Positions 1 through 12,871 of a DNA stretch of 64,000 nucleotides are shown piece after piece. Origin of the DNA: Amoebidium appalachense (Eukaryota > Protista > Ichthyosporea); contig CAVNZM010000015.1 of the NCBI GenBank assembly GCA_963693365.1, positions 5,029,502 to 5,093,501 of the forward strand, written 5' to 3'. Numbering within the stretch: position 1 is the first letter of the stretch; each line of letters starts with the position of its first letter. The translations under genes and the position numbers were made by a program. Under the pieces are notes generated by a model that ran no database searches, was not told where the DNA came from, and saw only the letters and a list, made by a program, of their open reading frames with translations.

Positions 1-1039
1 AAGTACAGACCAGTTAGATTGAGAATCTCAATGTGTTTGCTTCGCTCTAGGGAGATCCAGCCAGCCGAACTGGCGAAATGAAGGGCTGATTGAGAGTTCG
101 GCGGTCATATACCAAATCCTACTTATAATGCTTAAAAATATTTGAATAGAAAAGGGGGTTTGCTCCATTAATAAATAATTTGATAAACAAAGCGACAGGC
201 AATTTTTGTATAAGCAACATGGGGTTTCCGGCGCCTATTTCGTAGCGAACACAGGCAAAAACCATAATTTCATCACAGACGATCGACCTCGAGGCAAGGT
301 GGTAAGAGCCTATGCATGCAAGAAGGGGTTTGATGATTTTAGCGATGTAGGCGTTGTCGGAGTACCCCGACTGCTTATTCCATTTTTGCGCGTCTTTTTA
401 TTTCCTAAAACGTTTTCTTATGGACGAAAACCAACTTCTTAAGTAAAATCGGGGCCTAACTGCTTTTGAGAGGCTGTCGGTCTGAGATTTTGGCCTGTCA
501 CTGCTACTTTTGGCGCAACCAATCACAAGTTTCGAATTGTTTGAGGCATGAAGGGGAAAAAACAAACCTATCAACCCGCAGTTAGATACATAATTACTCT
601 ACCTGTATGGTGGCCATAAACATATTCACCGACACGTCGTTAATAAACAGCACATTCCCGCCAAACATATTGGTAACTTTTCGATAAAGCCTAATAAACC
701 CATGGCATAATGGGCTAAGTGACTGTTAGAGCGTGCCCTCGATAAAATATTACTTCTGGTATGCAAACATTATGAAACAGGAATGTGCATATGGGCAGTG
801 GGCTTAACCCAGGGCTTGAAAAGAGGTAATGGCATATAACTCATATCATATGGCAGGCAACAATTAACCAGTCCCCGAAGGCAAGATGATGGTGTGTTCC
901 AGGCGCCATCCCAGGCATCAATTACCCTTACTAGTGCCATATCCCAGGCAACTATGTTAATTTTTTTTTACATGCACATTCTTCTGTAACAGATCTAATA
1001 TTAGCATAGACATTGTAAGCAATAAAAATACTTGAAATA

Positions 1040-1182
1040 TACATTTAATAACGAACAGTGTTTGTTTATCATCACATTTGATAATGCATGTGGCGTCCGT
1101 AATATGCCTTGAAATTGTTTGTTAACTGAATCATCATTACATTTAATAACGAACATAAGTTGTTTACCATCACATTTCATAA
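1040..1182 (+). repeat. Imperfect ~45-bp direct repeat pair
   Basis: tacatttaataacgaaca...ttgttta(t/c)catcacattt(g/c)ataa occurs at 1040-1084 and 1138-1182. Confidence 0.8.
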
Positions 1183-1743
1183 CCCCAGTGCTGGAAGGGC
1201 GACGTTCAAAGTTACCCTACTCGTATACCGGGAATTTTTGGGAAAATCGCTCAATCAGTAAGGGTGACGTTCAATGTTACCCATCTTCTCTAGACTGAAG
1301 AACAAGGGTTTTGTACCTTTATAATCATCGTATGGAGCTGACAATTTCCATGTAGACAGTAAATACACTACTTTATCAAAGCGCAGCAAGAAAACACAGT
1401 GTTTTATATGATAATATTGCTCTGTGACAGCTTCATCATGGCATCATCCGCCAGATGATGCACAGCCGCCGCCGCCCAAAATCACCGTGCACTAAAATAT
1501 TTGATGGGTAACATTACCTTCCTTTAGTAACGTTGGCAAACCTCGCTACCCCTTCATGATCGCTCATAGTAAACATCAACAAAATAGACATAAATACTCA
1601 AAATAAAATATATGGCGCCGCTCCTCATTATGAAAGGTAACTTTTCTATTAATTGATTAATCCTTAGCGCTTCGGCAAAAAAAGTTCTGAGCTCCACAAA
1701 AATGGGTAACTTAATGAAAGTTACCCTTCCAAAAGCACTGGGG
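1183..1743. mobile_element. Non-autonomous TIR element (MITE), piggyBac-like ends, 561 bp
   Basis: Left end CCCCAGTGCTGGAAGGG and right end CCCTTCCAAAAGCACTGGGG are inverted repeats (3-nt indel). ATAA flanks both sides (1179-1182, 1744-1747). Internal GTTACCC/GGTAAC motifs recur near 1211, 1277, 1506, 1636, 1704 and 1720. No ORF. Confidence 0.7.
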
Positions 1744-3094
1744 ATAAGTTAAAAGTCCGTTGCGATTGTTTGCTTACGATTATGTGGATAATTATAAGGG
1801 TGTCCACGCAATAAAAAGTTGTGTAAACCCCCTTATAAACTAGGGGCCCTGCTCTCCAGTCAGCAGGCTAAGGCAGTTCTAATATGGTAAGTTGTGAATT
1901 CGAGTGATCGGCCCAGACTCAATCTAAGAAACGCATTCCCGTGCCGGCTGCCGAAAGTATCTTGTGTCTAGACCCGCTTGTGATTGGCTCCGTGACTCTG
2001 ATATCCAGTGCTAAAATTTAGCAGCATGCCAAGCACGTTCTTTGGGGAAAAAAATTCTGATAAACGAGAAATGAAATAGAGAGCAGCTAAGAAAAAGCGC
2101 GTTATAAGTTGATTTGAAATATCCATTTATCAGCAGGCGAAGTTTTTAACGGTTCTATAGACATTTTTCAAGCAAACCGTTAAGCATGCTGGTGAGACGT
2201 GGCGATTTGTTATTCGTAGTTTTCACGCATGTTGCATAAACTTTATGCGGAGTAGTGTTAGTCAAACAGAACCAGCTTTGAATCAGGTTTATGATTATTC
2301 AGCTTATAAATAACTTCGATAGCGCATAAACTCTTTAATTTCGGAAAACTTCAATACTATAACTAATTTTTGAATGTTTGTGCTTTGGAAAAGGAGTTGC
2401 ACAGCGTCCCGAAATTGAGAGAAAAGGTTTGTCATAGAGATCACCGGGGGAATTGTGCTGTATATTATTATTGTCGAGATACAGGCTTGAGGCCGTGATA
2501 GATGCCAGCACCAAGGCCAACAGGCACTCCATCCAACGGGTTACATGATATTCCGGGATATAATGCAAATATTTTGAACCGAGATATGAGCATACTAAAT
2601 TTGAAGCCGGGATTTCATGCTAATTTTTTGCGACACCGAGACATGCTTATAAATCAGCCCATACAAGCTTCTTATACAGTTGCGTACTACCTATTGGTCC
2701 GCCAGGGGACTGGCCGCTGGCCAATTTTCTGTCTATCTATCAATGTTAGGCAGGTTGTGGTACAGATTTCGGGGTTCAATCCCCCGTGCCCCCGATAGGG
2801 AGAATGTGGTGCCAATGTGACCCGGCTCAACTCCCCAAATGAGTCGGGCCGAGTAAGAGATCCGTCACTGGTATCTAGACATATGCATGGCCTTTCAAAC
2901 CTTGACGCCGGCGGTTATCAACGTGGATTCGGCCCGTGTATAATCATTCATGTTTGGGCTGGGTCATGGTAGAACGGTGGCCCGGTCGGACCGGTCGGTC
3001 CTTGCAGTAGATAGTGATATGGTGACGTCCGTCATGTGCTTGTGCGTCATGGGGCTCTGGGCTCGAGGTGTCGTGGCAAACCGAGGGGCATCCG

Positions 3095-3171
3095 AAAAAA
3101 AAAAAAATCGAATGTCGCCATCGAGAATTGAACCAGAGGAGACCGGCGCCCTACCGCTAAGCTACGGATGA
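3095..3171 (-). pseudogene. Degenerate tRNA-like sequence (tRNA pseudogene or SINE head)
   Basis: Minus strand reads tcatccgTAGCTTAGCGGTAGGGCgccggtctc-ctctGGTTCAATTCtcgatggcgaca followed by a T13 run: A box/D arm, B box/T arm and a Pol III-type terminator. The anticodon 3' half and variable arm are missing and the acceptor stem pairs poorly. Confidence 0.55.
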
Positions 3172-4242
3172 TTGTAAACCCTAACTCACGATTCTGGTGT
3201 GTCGGCGTTTACTAAGTTGAAGTTGGACAGTCTATTGTGTTTGGCCCTAATTGCTTGTCTTCAAAGGGGTTAAAACGTTTTGAAGCCAATCAAATGTGTT
3301 AAAAGCAGCTTTTAAGCTTTTAATGGACAGATTTGAGTAAAGCGATTGGGCGTGAGCGCATCACCTAAATGTGCCAATGCTGCCGCTTGCAACCGGTACA
3401 GTTTACCATATTAGAACTGCCGGATCAAGCTGCCAGTTACGTGAGTACCCGGGTATGCGTTGCTGTGTACGTGTACACGCGTAGATGCATGGCAAGTGTA
3501 GTTTGTGTCTGCTAGTATCTAGCTTTGTGTTTGCGTGTGCTCTTCCTCTTCCTTTTCTTTTCTTTCTCCTTTTCTCCTTTCTCTCTTTCTTCTCTTCTCT
3601 CTCTCTCGCTCCCTCTCTTCTTTCGCGATCGTGATCGTGTGCACAGATATTAGTGCCACGGTAGATCTGTGTGCACGGCTGGGCCACCTGGCCCATAGAT
3701 CTGATCGTAGAAAGTATTTGAACATTGAACGTCTCATTTGCATTGTTTGTTTTATCTTGTTTGCTCTAGCTCATAAGTTCTGTGTTGTGCCATGTCGTGT
3801 GATACGTGCAATGTATTTTTGCCTCATGTGTCACACGTGTCTGTGTCACGAGTCCCCGCATCCAACTATGTTTTTATCGGGGAAACACAGCCCTAGCATA
3901 GATCGTAAATGTTGAGTTTATCTTGTGGTATGTTATTATTTATCGGCTCTGGCATGCATACGACGCCAGAAGTAATTTTCTATTGGCCAATACTGGAATT
4001 AGATATATCTGATCTATAGCGTAGACGTAGTACGGTAGCGCAAGTGAGAGTTCGTATCAACGAGTAGATGTATTTGTAGTTAGATTTCAGTAATGAAATT
4101 AATATAAATATATATAAAAGTTGTACAAGTGTGAGAGAAATGATAGTTTATTATTTTTGTGCTGTCTAATTTATTTTCAGTGTCGAGAGAGAGATGTATT
4201 AGAGAGATAGTGCTGTTTTAATTATATCCGCTGGTACACATA

Positions 4243-4351
4243 CCGTCCGCCAATAAGAACCACCGCCAATAAGAACCACGCCGGCGGCCAAGTCCGGTTT
4301 TTTTAAGAACCTGCCCCGCGACCATTTTTCGGGTGGTTCTTATTGGCGGAC
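4243..4351 (+). repeat. Left terminal block: TIR plus subterminal TAAGAACC motifs and an internal inverted TIR copy
   Basis: TAAGAACC occurs three times in direct orientation and once inverted. 4304-4351 is a near copy of 18971-19019. Confidence 0.9.
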
Positions 4352-4405
4352 TGACTGAAAAAGGTTGCACCCTCGTTTCCCCCCCCCCCCCCCCACCCCC
4401 CCCCC

Positions 4406-4447
<42 letters not shown>

Positions 4448-4539
4448 TCCCCCCCCCCCCCGTTCCCACCTCGAAATTTTTGGGCGGGGGCGGGGGCGGG
4501 GCGGGGGGGGGGGGGGGGGGGGGGGGGATTTTTTTTTTT

Positions 4540-4570
<31 letters not shown>

Positions 4571-5118
4571 GGGGGGAGGGGGAATCCGAGTCTGCAGTGT
4601 GCTTGCCATTAATTTACGGTGTTATTATTAATAAAACAGCTGCAGCATGTGAAAGTGACCTGCAATCACTTCTACACATTATTATTATGGTATTTTGACT
4701 ACGTAATGATATCATAGGTATTAAAAAGGCGAATGTCGCATGCATGGATGTATACGTAGTGTGTGCTTGACGTGTATGTGGTTGCGTGTGTGCATGTTCA
4801 TGTGTGTGTGCCGTGTGTGTGCATTGAATGTGACAGCATACTCTACATACACCGTGACATTACAGTTAAACTGTAAGTAACATTACAATCATAAACTACC
4901 ACTCTGACATGCTGAACATTACTGGAAGTTAAATGTTACAATTAACACCTAACAAACTGATTCTTAAGTTACTGTATTGACTAAGTCTTGGCATCATGAT
5001 GCCAAATCCCATACTAATCGAACCTACTAGACATGCCCTACGTTTGCCACCTGACCCCAAAGCAGCTGGCAGCCACAATAACAATTAGAAAAATAAAAAA
5101 CTACGTGGAGGGATTGGC

Positions 5119-7621
5119 TCACTTCCACCTATTATCCGTGACACTAAAACTGAGCAGGCGGATGCCAAAAGCGGTGACCAGAGCATACAACATGGCCTTG
5201 CACCTACAGCATTGCATGTAAGTATGACACAGATGGGGAGGGATTGCTAAAGTCAGTTGACAGACGCTACATTGTGCACTGGCTATCGTGCTCGGGTATG
5301 TGTGATAATAACTGGGATGGAACGCTTGCGGATGGTGCGGGTGCTGGCTAGGGGGAATCACCCCAGACTGTTGGGTGCTTTGGAATTCATCCGCCGAATC
5401 GGTTGACGAACTGGTGGGATCATGCTCCTGAGGGGCAACACCTGTGTTGGTGCTTGCACGTGAAAGGCCGCTGGGCTTGGCCTTCTTTGACGGGGCAGTC
5501 TGTGAATTACTCTGTGACTTCAGCCCACGTTTCGTGTTTCGTGCTCTCTCGCTTGCTTTCTCCGTAACTGTCCTAGCAGCGGCTTCCTTAGCCCTCGCGA
5601 TTTCCTCCCTCACCTCGGCGGCCACCTGACTACGCAAACGTCTTTCCTTCTCAATGTGTTCTATTTTTGACTTGATTTGTTTCAATGTTTTGGAAAGGAT
5701 GGCATCCAGCCCCACACCCTCCTCGTTGCCCTCCAATGCTGCATGGTAATGTGCAAATATGTCCTCCTCTGTTGCCGGCAACTTTTGTTCCGCAAGCGAA
5801 ATAACAATACTTTCAATCAACGCAGTCTCCGCATCCGACCATCTACCCGAACGTACCTCCTCGCCCACAGACACATAATACTCCAAACCATTCTGATCTG
5901 TGGTTCGTGTTTGCGTGAATCGTGCGCGCCGCCTTTGCGTTGGAACCGTGGCAGTGGCCTTGCCCCTGGTGGCTGTTGTGTTGGCCGTATGGGTGGTGTT
6001 GGTCCCATCACCACTTCTCAGGGAAAGGTTCCCCCCTTCGCCGGATAAATGCAGCTGCATGGTAGACGGGCGACCTGGACGGTTTGGCTCTGGCCGCTGT
6101 CCATGACTGCATGTGTATGTGCGTTTGTGTGTGCGTGTGAATGCGCGCGCACGTGTACACATGTGTGTTTGTGTGTGCGTGCGCACACGTGCTCTGTGGG
6201 TGCGTGCGTGCGTGGATTCGTGCACCTGTGCATCTATCCACACACGTGTATGCATGGACCATGATGCGTGGATGCATTGTGTGTGTGTGTGTGTGTGTGT
6301 GTTGGGGGGGGGGGGGGGGGGGGGGGGGGGAGGGGCTGTGTGTGTGCGTGCACACGTGCATGCGTGTGTGTGTTTAAGGTTGTGTATGGTGCGCGGGTGT
6401 GCAGGTGGTGAGCAGTGGGGAAGGTGGGGGGGGAGGAGGAGGGGTTAGACATCATGAAACGACGGATACAGGAGGGGGAGGGCATTGGGAGAGGGGGCTT
6501 TTCTTTCCCCTCCCGGGGGGGGGGGGGGAGGGGGGGGAGAGAGAGAGAGGGGGGAAAGGGGGGGGGGGGGGGGGGAATAAAGAGAGGGACAAGCAGAAAT
6601 ACCTGGATTTGGCCAAGTTAAGGTTTCGATTATAAAGTACCAAGTGTGGGCAAATAGAGGATGCAAAAGAAGAAAAGTAGCAAATGCATATCATACGGCT
6701 CACCTGTTGCCACAATTCTCACACCTGCATGCCTGGGTGCATGCCCGCTTGTTCTTTGCGCATATGCAACGCTCATGCCCATCGTATGCCTGCACTTTTC
6801 CCCCGCCGTTCTTAAAACCACAAAAAAAACGTGTTCTATCCTTACTGTTTCTATTACAGCTGCAGCCCTTGGCGGGCAACCCACCGAACGTGTCAGTTGT
6901 GTTAGCGTTAGACGCCAACTCCGTCGAGTTTTCCGTGTCAACTGAGTGTGATGTCTGTGTTTGGTTGTTGTCCGAGATTTTGTTCGCATGCGACAAGCGA
7001 GGTATTACCACTGAGTAATGATCTGCTGCACCGTTAAGTGATACGGGTATGGCAATGTTGGGTTCGATGACGGTGGGTGGAGTGACCGCAACTACACCGT
7101 GATTGGCAATCGTGCTAAAAATGGTTATTGGTATGCGGAGTGCGTTGGCTAAGCCCAGCACCATCGCGTCACCGGCTGCAGAAGCAAAATGGGCGCGCCG
7201 AGGACAGCGGAAATCATCAGCTACGTATGCGAGGGTCACCCTTGAAAGGAATCCTTGGTATTCTGCTAGATTTCGCCGCCATTCGTTTACCATTAGTTCG
7301 CGTAGCCGTCCAATCGCCTCTATAGGCTCCATATTAGCTGTAAACCCCAATGTGTTGAGGTGTTCACGGGTAGCTACATGACCGCTTTGTAGATACTGAT
7401 TGATATAATGCCACACCGAATGAAACAAACAGTTGCCGTCAGCGGGTGTTTCCATAAGCTCCATTCTCCAGGCACCCAGAATTTGAAGAAGGCGTTGTTG
7501 CTGGACCTCAGGTGGCCCGGATATGTCCCTGTGTTGCACATCACAAGGAAGAATAAGCAAAGACAAGAAGTGGGAGGGTGACGTAGGGCAGTGGTGGTGG
7601 GGTGGGTGACAGTGGGGTGGG

Positions 7622-7675
<54 letters not shown>

Positions 7676-8408
7676 GGGAAAGAGAGAGAAAGACAGATTA
7701 TGGGGAAGGCGGAAAGGCCGAGGAGCAGAACAAGGGAAACCTTGGCGTGTGTGTGTGTGTGCGTGTGTGGGTGGGTTGGGGTTGGGGGGGGGGGGGTGGG
7801 GGGGGGGGGGGGGGGGGGGGGGGGCATTAGATTATTAACAATTCTATAAGTGAATAAGAGTGTGTGCGCTCGTGGCTGCGAGGGAGGGTGCATGCGTGCA
7901 TGCATGGGTGCGTTCGTGTGTGCAGGTGTGTGAAAGGGGAGGGGTGTGTGTGTGTGGGGGGGAGGGGGTTAGGCACTCTGAAGGGGGCCGGGCAGGTGTA
8001 AGGGAGTACTGATGAAGGAGGGGCTATGAACGGGGGGGGGGGGGGGGGGGGTAGATGCAGATGCTTTCAAATAGGTGGAAGAGAAGCAGGGAGTTTCCAA
8101 AAAGGTAGGATGGAAGATATAGGTATACTATTAGAGAATAATGAGAATTAGGGGAGGTAAGAGGTAATGGAGGACTTGAAAAGGAGGGACGAATGGGCAG
8201 AGGCCCTCCTGAGGGGGGAGGGGGGGAGGGGGGAGGGGAACAGGACAGGCATAATAAGTGGGCCTGGGGAGGCAGGTTGTCTGACAAAAAACTGGTGTCA
8301 CTTGGGTTGGATGGAGAGATGGATTGATACGTGCAAGGAAGTAAGGAGGTGGAGCAGTTGGGAGGAAGAATTGTGGGAAGGAGGAGAGGGGGAGGGGGAT
8401 GCAGAAAA

Positions 8409-8449
<41 letters not shown>

Positions 8450-9402
8450 TGGGAAAGGGGGATGGGGGAAAGGGGAGGAGGCCCTGCAGGGAAAGTGGGG
8501 GGAGAGGCGAGAGGGAGGGAGCGGGGGGGGGCGTTGGAGGGGAAGGGGGGGGGGGGGGGGGGGGTTTCGGCAGGAAGCACCTGGCAAGCTGTATGTCTGC
8601 TGCCACGGCCTCGTCAAAGAACACTAGAGTGAAGAGCAGATGATCCGGGTCCTGTGCTGCTAAAGCAAACCCTTCGGAGCTGTGCACAGACCCAATCAGC
8701 TTGCGCATCGCACGCCGGGCGTTAAGCTTGCGGCCTGCTAGGCGCACACATGTTGACACGTTGAATGAACCGGGGCTCTCGTCACTTGACCCCTCATCGT
8801 CATCGTCAGAGCCATCACTGTCGAAAGACCCAACCTCCATACCACACTCAGGCAAGGAACGGTTGCCATTATTGCCATAAGCTGCAGAGTGAACACAAAG
8901 ACAGGGTGAGAGAATAGCTGGTCAATGGTTGCCAGGTCTATAAAGAACCCACTCCCAACCGAATCCCCCATCCAACCCCCCCCCCCCCCCCCCCCACACA
9001 CACACACAACATACATACACACACACATACACACACACACACCGCCCACACCCTCCCCACCCCCCTCTTGCTCTCGCCCCCCCCCCCCTGCCTAATTCTC
9101 CACTTCCCCCTTCTCCCTCTCTGTCCCACCCTCCCGCCCTTCCTCTTTACCGACTGCCCTCCTCTCTTTGCCCCTCTCTTTCTGTCTTTTCCGCCATCCC
9201 TCCCTCTACCCTTTCTCCCCCTCCCTCCTTCCCTCCAACCCTCCCACCCACCCATCCTTCCCTCCCTTTCTCCCTACCCTGACCTCTCCCCCTTCCCCCC
9301 TCCCCTGTCTTTAACATACACACACAGGCACACACATACACCCCCCCCCCCCCCCCTCTCCCCTTCTCTGTACCCACCCACCCACCCACATTACACACAC
9401 AA

Positions 9403-9455
<53 letters not shown>

Positions 9456-12347
9456 CAACACACACACACACTCACTACACACACACAGGCACACACACAC
9501 ACAGACAAGCACACACCCACAGGCATACACCGTGACACACAGAAACTCTCTACCCACTATCCTGTACTGCCTCTTGACTAATTGTATGCTTAAAGGGGAA
9601 GGGAGGGAAGGGGGAAAAGCGGAGGAGTGGGCTTTAAGTGGGTACACTGCACAGAATGGTCACACAAAACATATGGAACACGTTGCCACACACACCCTAT
9701 CGGGTGATAGCAACATATAAGAGGCAAGCCAAAGCAGAAAAGGCAGCATAAAGCGAGGACGCAACACAATTAGAGTCCATTTGTGTGTGTGTGTGGGGGG
9801 GGGGGGGGGGGGGGGGGGGGTCGCTCTGCCCTGCATGGGGAGAAGAGGGGGGAGGGGGGGGGGGGGGGGGCTAGGGGAAGCAGCGACTAATCAGAGTGCC
9901 GGGTGGTAGTGATGTGGAAATTTATAACAAAGGGAACGAGTAAAGGGAAAGGAGGTGATGGGGGGAAGGGTGAAGGAGGAAATGGGAGGCGCACACTAGA
10001 GGGGGGGGGACCACCCACACATCATAGCCTCTGGGGCCCGATCCAACGCTGCCTGCGCTGCAGCCACCCGCGCGGCTGGCTGACGAGAATCCTGACGGCG
10101 AGTGACATTTACCCCACAGCCAAATACCTCCGGCTCCTCGTGTGGAAGAAGGAGTGGTGCGCGCTGGTAGCCCCGGCCAAAAACAAGAACACCATGAAGG
10201 TGATCCGCAGTAGGGGCGACGAGATAATCGGGTGCTGCCCTGCCCCGCTGGCGCGTGCGTTCGGCATGGGTGCTAGCAACATTGGGGTCGCGCTTGTGGT
10301 TGTATTTATTGAAACGTGGAACAAAAATCGAAAGTGCCGTTCGTGCAGTCATACGCGTGATACCCTTGACATGTGTGCGAAGTTGGCGATGTAAAATTTC
10401 ATTTTGCCCGGTGCCACGCCCAACAGGGATGCCACTTAGGCAGCCTTTCCGAACATGGACCAGAAGGGAATTAATTTCGGCGCGAGCCTCTGCATTTACA
10501 ACAGCAACCCCATCCTTATCATGCACCCCTCCCCACACCTCTAGAAAGTGGTGTATGTTCGATTCAATAACGGCCGGCTCTGGGGTCGGCAGAGTCCGAT
10601 GCTTACCATTATCTCCGGGTGCACGCAAAACTTTACCAAAGGCCCCGGATGCAGGTCCATGATACACGTGCCGCTTGGACATGGCCCTTGTCACTCGCTG
10701 AACTGCATGGAACGGGTCTAATTTAACAATACACTGTGGTCCGAATATTGTGATTATCTGCTCCCGGTGTTTACAGCAATTATCAATATAAAAGTGTGAA
10801 ATCTCCGTTTCGAGCCGCACACACCTCTGCTGAAGCAGTCGTAATGCTGTCTCGACGTATTCAAACCCCTCCTTGTTAACAAACTGCCAAGAAACTACTT
10901 GACCGTGTTCATTAAGAACACAGAACATGGCCGTATATTGCTGAACCCACTCATCGCCGGAAAGGTAACCTATGTTCATGCTCACTTTGAAGGTATGGTC
11001 TGCCGATAGTTGGGTGCAGGGTATATTTGCCATCGCCGCCGTCATGGGCTCTTTCAGATGGCCCTCAAAAACCGCCAAATACAAATCGGCAATATACGTA
11101 TCGGATGGTCGGTGGTAATGGAACATGTCGCTGCGCTCTGGCATTAGGGAAGTACTGGTGCGTTCGTGTGTTATATGGTCCAGCATTGAAGCTTGACCGG
11201 CGGGGGCAAACCTTCCCAAAAACGAGCATTGTTGTGTAAGAACCGCGAGTCGCATTTGATGGTATTCCGTTTCATATCGGCTATCAAAGTATTCCTCTAC
11301 ACCCAAAAAGCCACGGCCGTTCCAAACCAAATGACATATTTGGTTCACTACTGCCCGGCTAGCACCCGCGCGGCTGGTGAGGTAGAAAGGAAAGAGTCCA
11401 TTCAAATGGGTATCCAGGTGGCTAAGAAAATTGGGATCGTGCCCACGGAAGCATCTGCTGCATTTGTTGCAACAATACACACGACTGACTATAAGAGTTT
11501 GACCTTTCATGTCATACACTGACCTAGGAGGGTTTTTCGCGTTGTCAGTCCACCCGTTCTTCTTTAGCCTGGTACCGGCACACCCGTCCGTGGGGCACAA
11601 CAGCTCTCGCCGCCCATGGTGAAAAATGTGATTGCGGATCCCAAATGAAAACTGCAGGAACAATCATCTGCAATGACGAGGGTTTGTAAGAAACTTTGCG
11701 CCGCCAAAGCTTCTGCTGTGTAACATGCCATGCCAAACAGATCATGGGAGAGGCACAAAGGTCCATAAGATTAAGTGCAAGGGAAGGCCTGAGCGGTGAA
11801 GGCATTGGTATCCACAAGATGCAAAAGGACACACCTAACGTATTACATAAAAAACAACTTCTAAAACGGAGGAACCACCTGTAAGGCCCAGAACAGAGAG
11901 ACAGGGGAGGGGAGAGAAAAAGTGGAAAAGAGGCAGGGGGTGGTGGGGAGAGAGGGGGGGGGGAGGGGGGGGGGGGGGGAAGGGGGGAATCACCTGATGG
12001 ACTCCCTCCGCTGTAGATGCATCTATCCGGCCGCCATGACGGGTTTGATGCCACACCCAATCCCTGAGGAAGGGCTGGGGAGGGCACGTGCCAGCTTCGA
12101 CAGAGTCCTCATGATCCGCTATGCAATAATCAATGTACCGTGCAACGAATGGCTGTTCCAGCTTGGCATGATCTTTAGACCAAGATTTGTTTTCCTTAAT
12201 GACTTTTTTGTTCACCCCATCTGGGTTGTTTGTTGAACCCGCTGCAGCCAAAAGACAAAAGGCGAGGATAACATGAACGAGAATCCTCAGCAAAGCCCAA
12301 TGGCCTTGCCCACGTCCAATGCGGACGCGAGCATGTTTGTAACCCAT
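5119..12347 (-). CDS. Dada/MuDR-like DDE (DxxH) transposase fused to OTU cysteine protease, Cys-rich (CXC-like), Myb/SANT-like and C4 zinc-finger modules; ~1370 aa, 5 exons, one apparent 1-nt frameshift
   Basis: Exons 12347-11994, 11667-10019, 8881-8581, 7528-6704, 6106-5119 join through GT-AG introns of phase 0,1,2,2. Transposase motifs: CPTDGC..YCCNKC, LSADHTFK, FYIDNCC, LDPFH, KGCLSG, GTGQNEILH. OTU: ADGNCLF...DHYS. Then CSC..CIC..C..CRC..C.N, GRWSDAET..KTLKQIKSKI and CSVC..CCRC. One extra base in the A5 run at 11622-11626. The Dada label is from recalled motif similarity, not a search; exon 1 is the least certain. Confidence 0.8.
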
Positions 12348-12672
12348 GCTCACACAAAATATGTACTGTCAGTTATGATCGAGCATTAAAGGGTGTTGTC
12401 TGTTTTTATTATTTTTATATGAGCCTACTGCAATATGATAAGGATGCTAGCGCTGTGTCACACCTGTCAACTGCCAGTCCAGGCTGTGACTGCCCGTTCA
12501 AGTACGCCACCACCTGCACGTGGTTGACGTGGTCTTGCTTAGCCCGCCTTTCGAGTTTATTCCTCGAATCAGACGCCACCAACGATGAGCCACAAAAACG
12601 GGTCAGAAAACGGGTCAGGAACGATTCGAGCTGATTCGACCCATAATAGTTCGAACCGACCCATTTATGCCC

Positions 12673-12871
12673 CAAATAAATTTGGCACGAAATAATTTGG
12701 CACGAACCTGGTGACGTAAAATGTGGCACGAATTTATTTGGCACCAGCCCGCTAGCGGAGCACATCCAGGGGTATCCCCAAGCTCCTGTCGGTGCCTGGG
12801 CGACATCCTGCCCCATTTTCACCGTTTTGCAGGCTCGTGCCAAATAAATTTCGTGCCAAATATTACGTCAC
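12673..12871. repeat. Clustered TTTGGCACGA motifs forming ~40-bp inverted arms between the two transposase genes
   Basis: gtgacgtaaaatgtggcacgaatttatttggcaccagcc (12711-12749) matches the reverse complement of ggctcgtgccaaataaatttcgtgccaaatattacgtcac (12832-12871). Two more direct copies at 12681 and 12696. Confidence 0.85.

Noticed and set aside
4988-5005. Perfect 18-bp palindrome TTGGCATCATGATGCCAA downstream of the Dada-like gene
   Set aside because: It shares only TTGGCA with the 12.7-kb motif and has no TSD, which is too little to call an element end.
12673-12871. CRISPR-like or iteron array
   Set aside because: Eukaryotic context, short irregular motifs in both orientations and no unique spacers.
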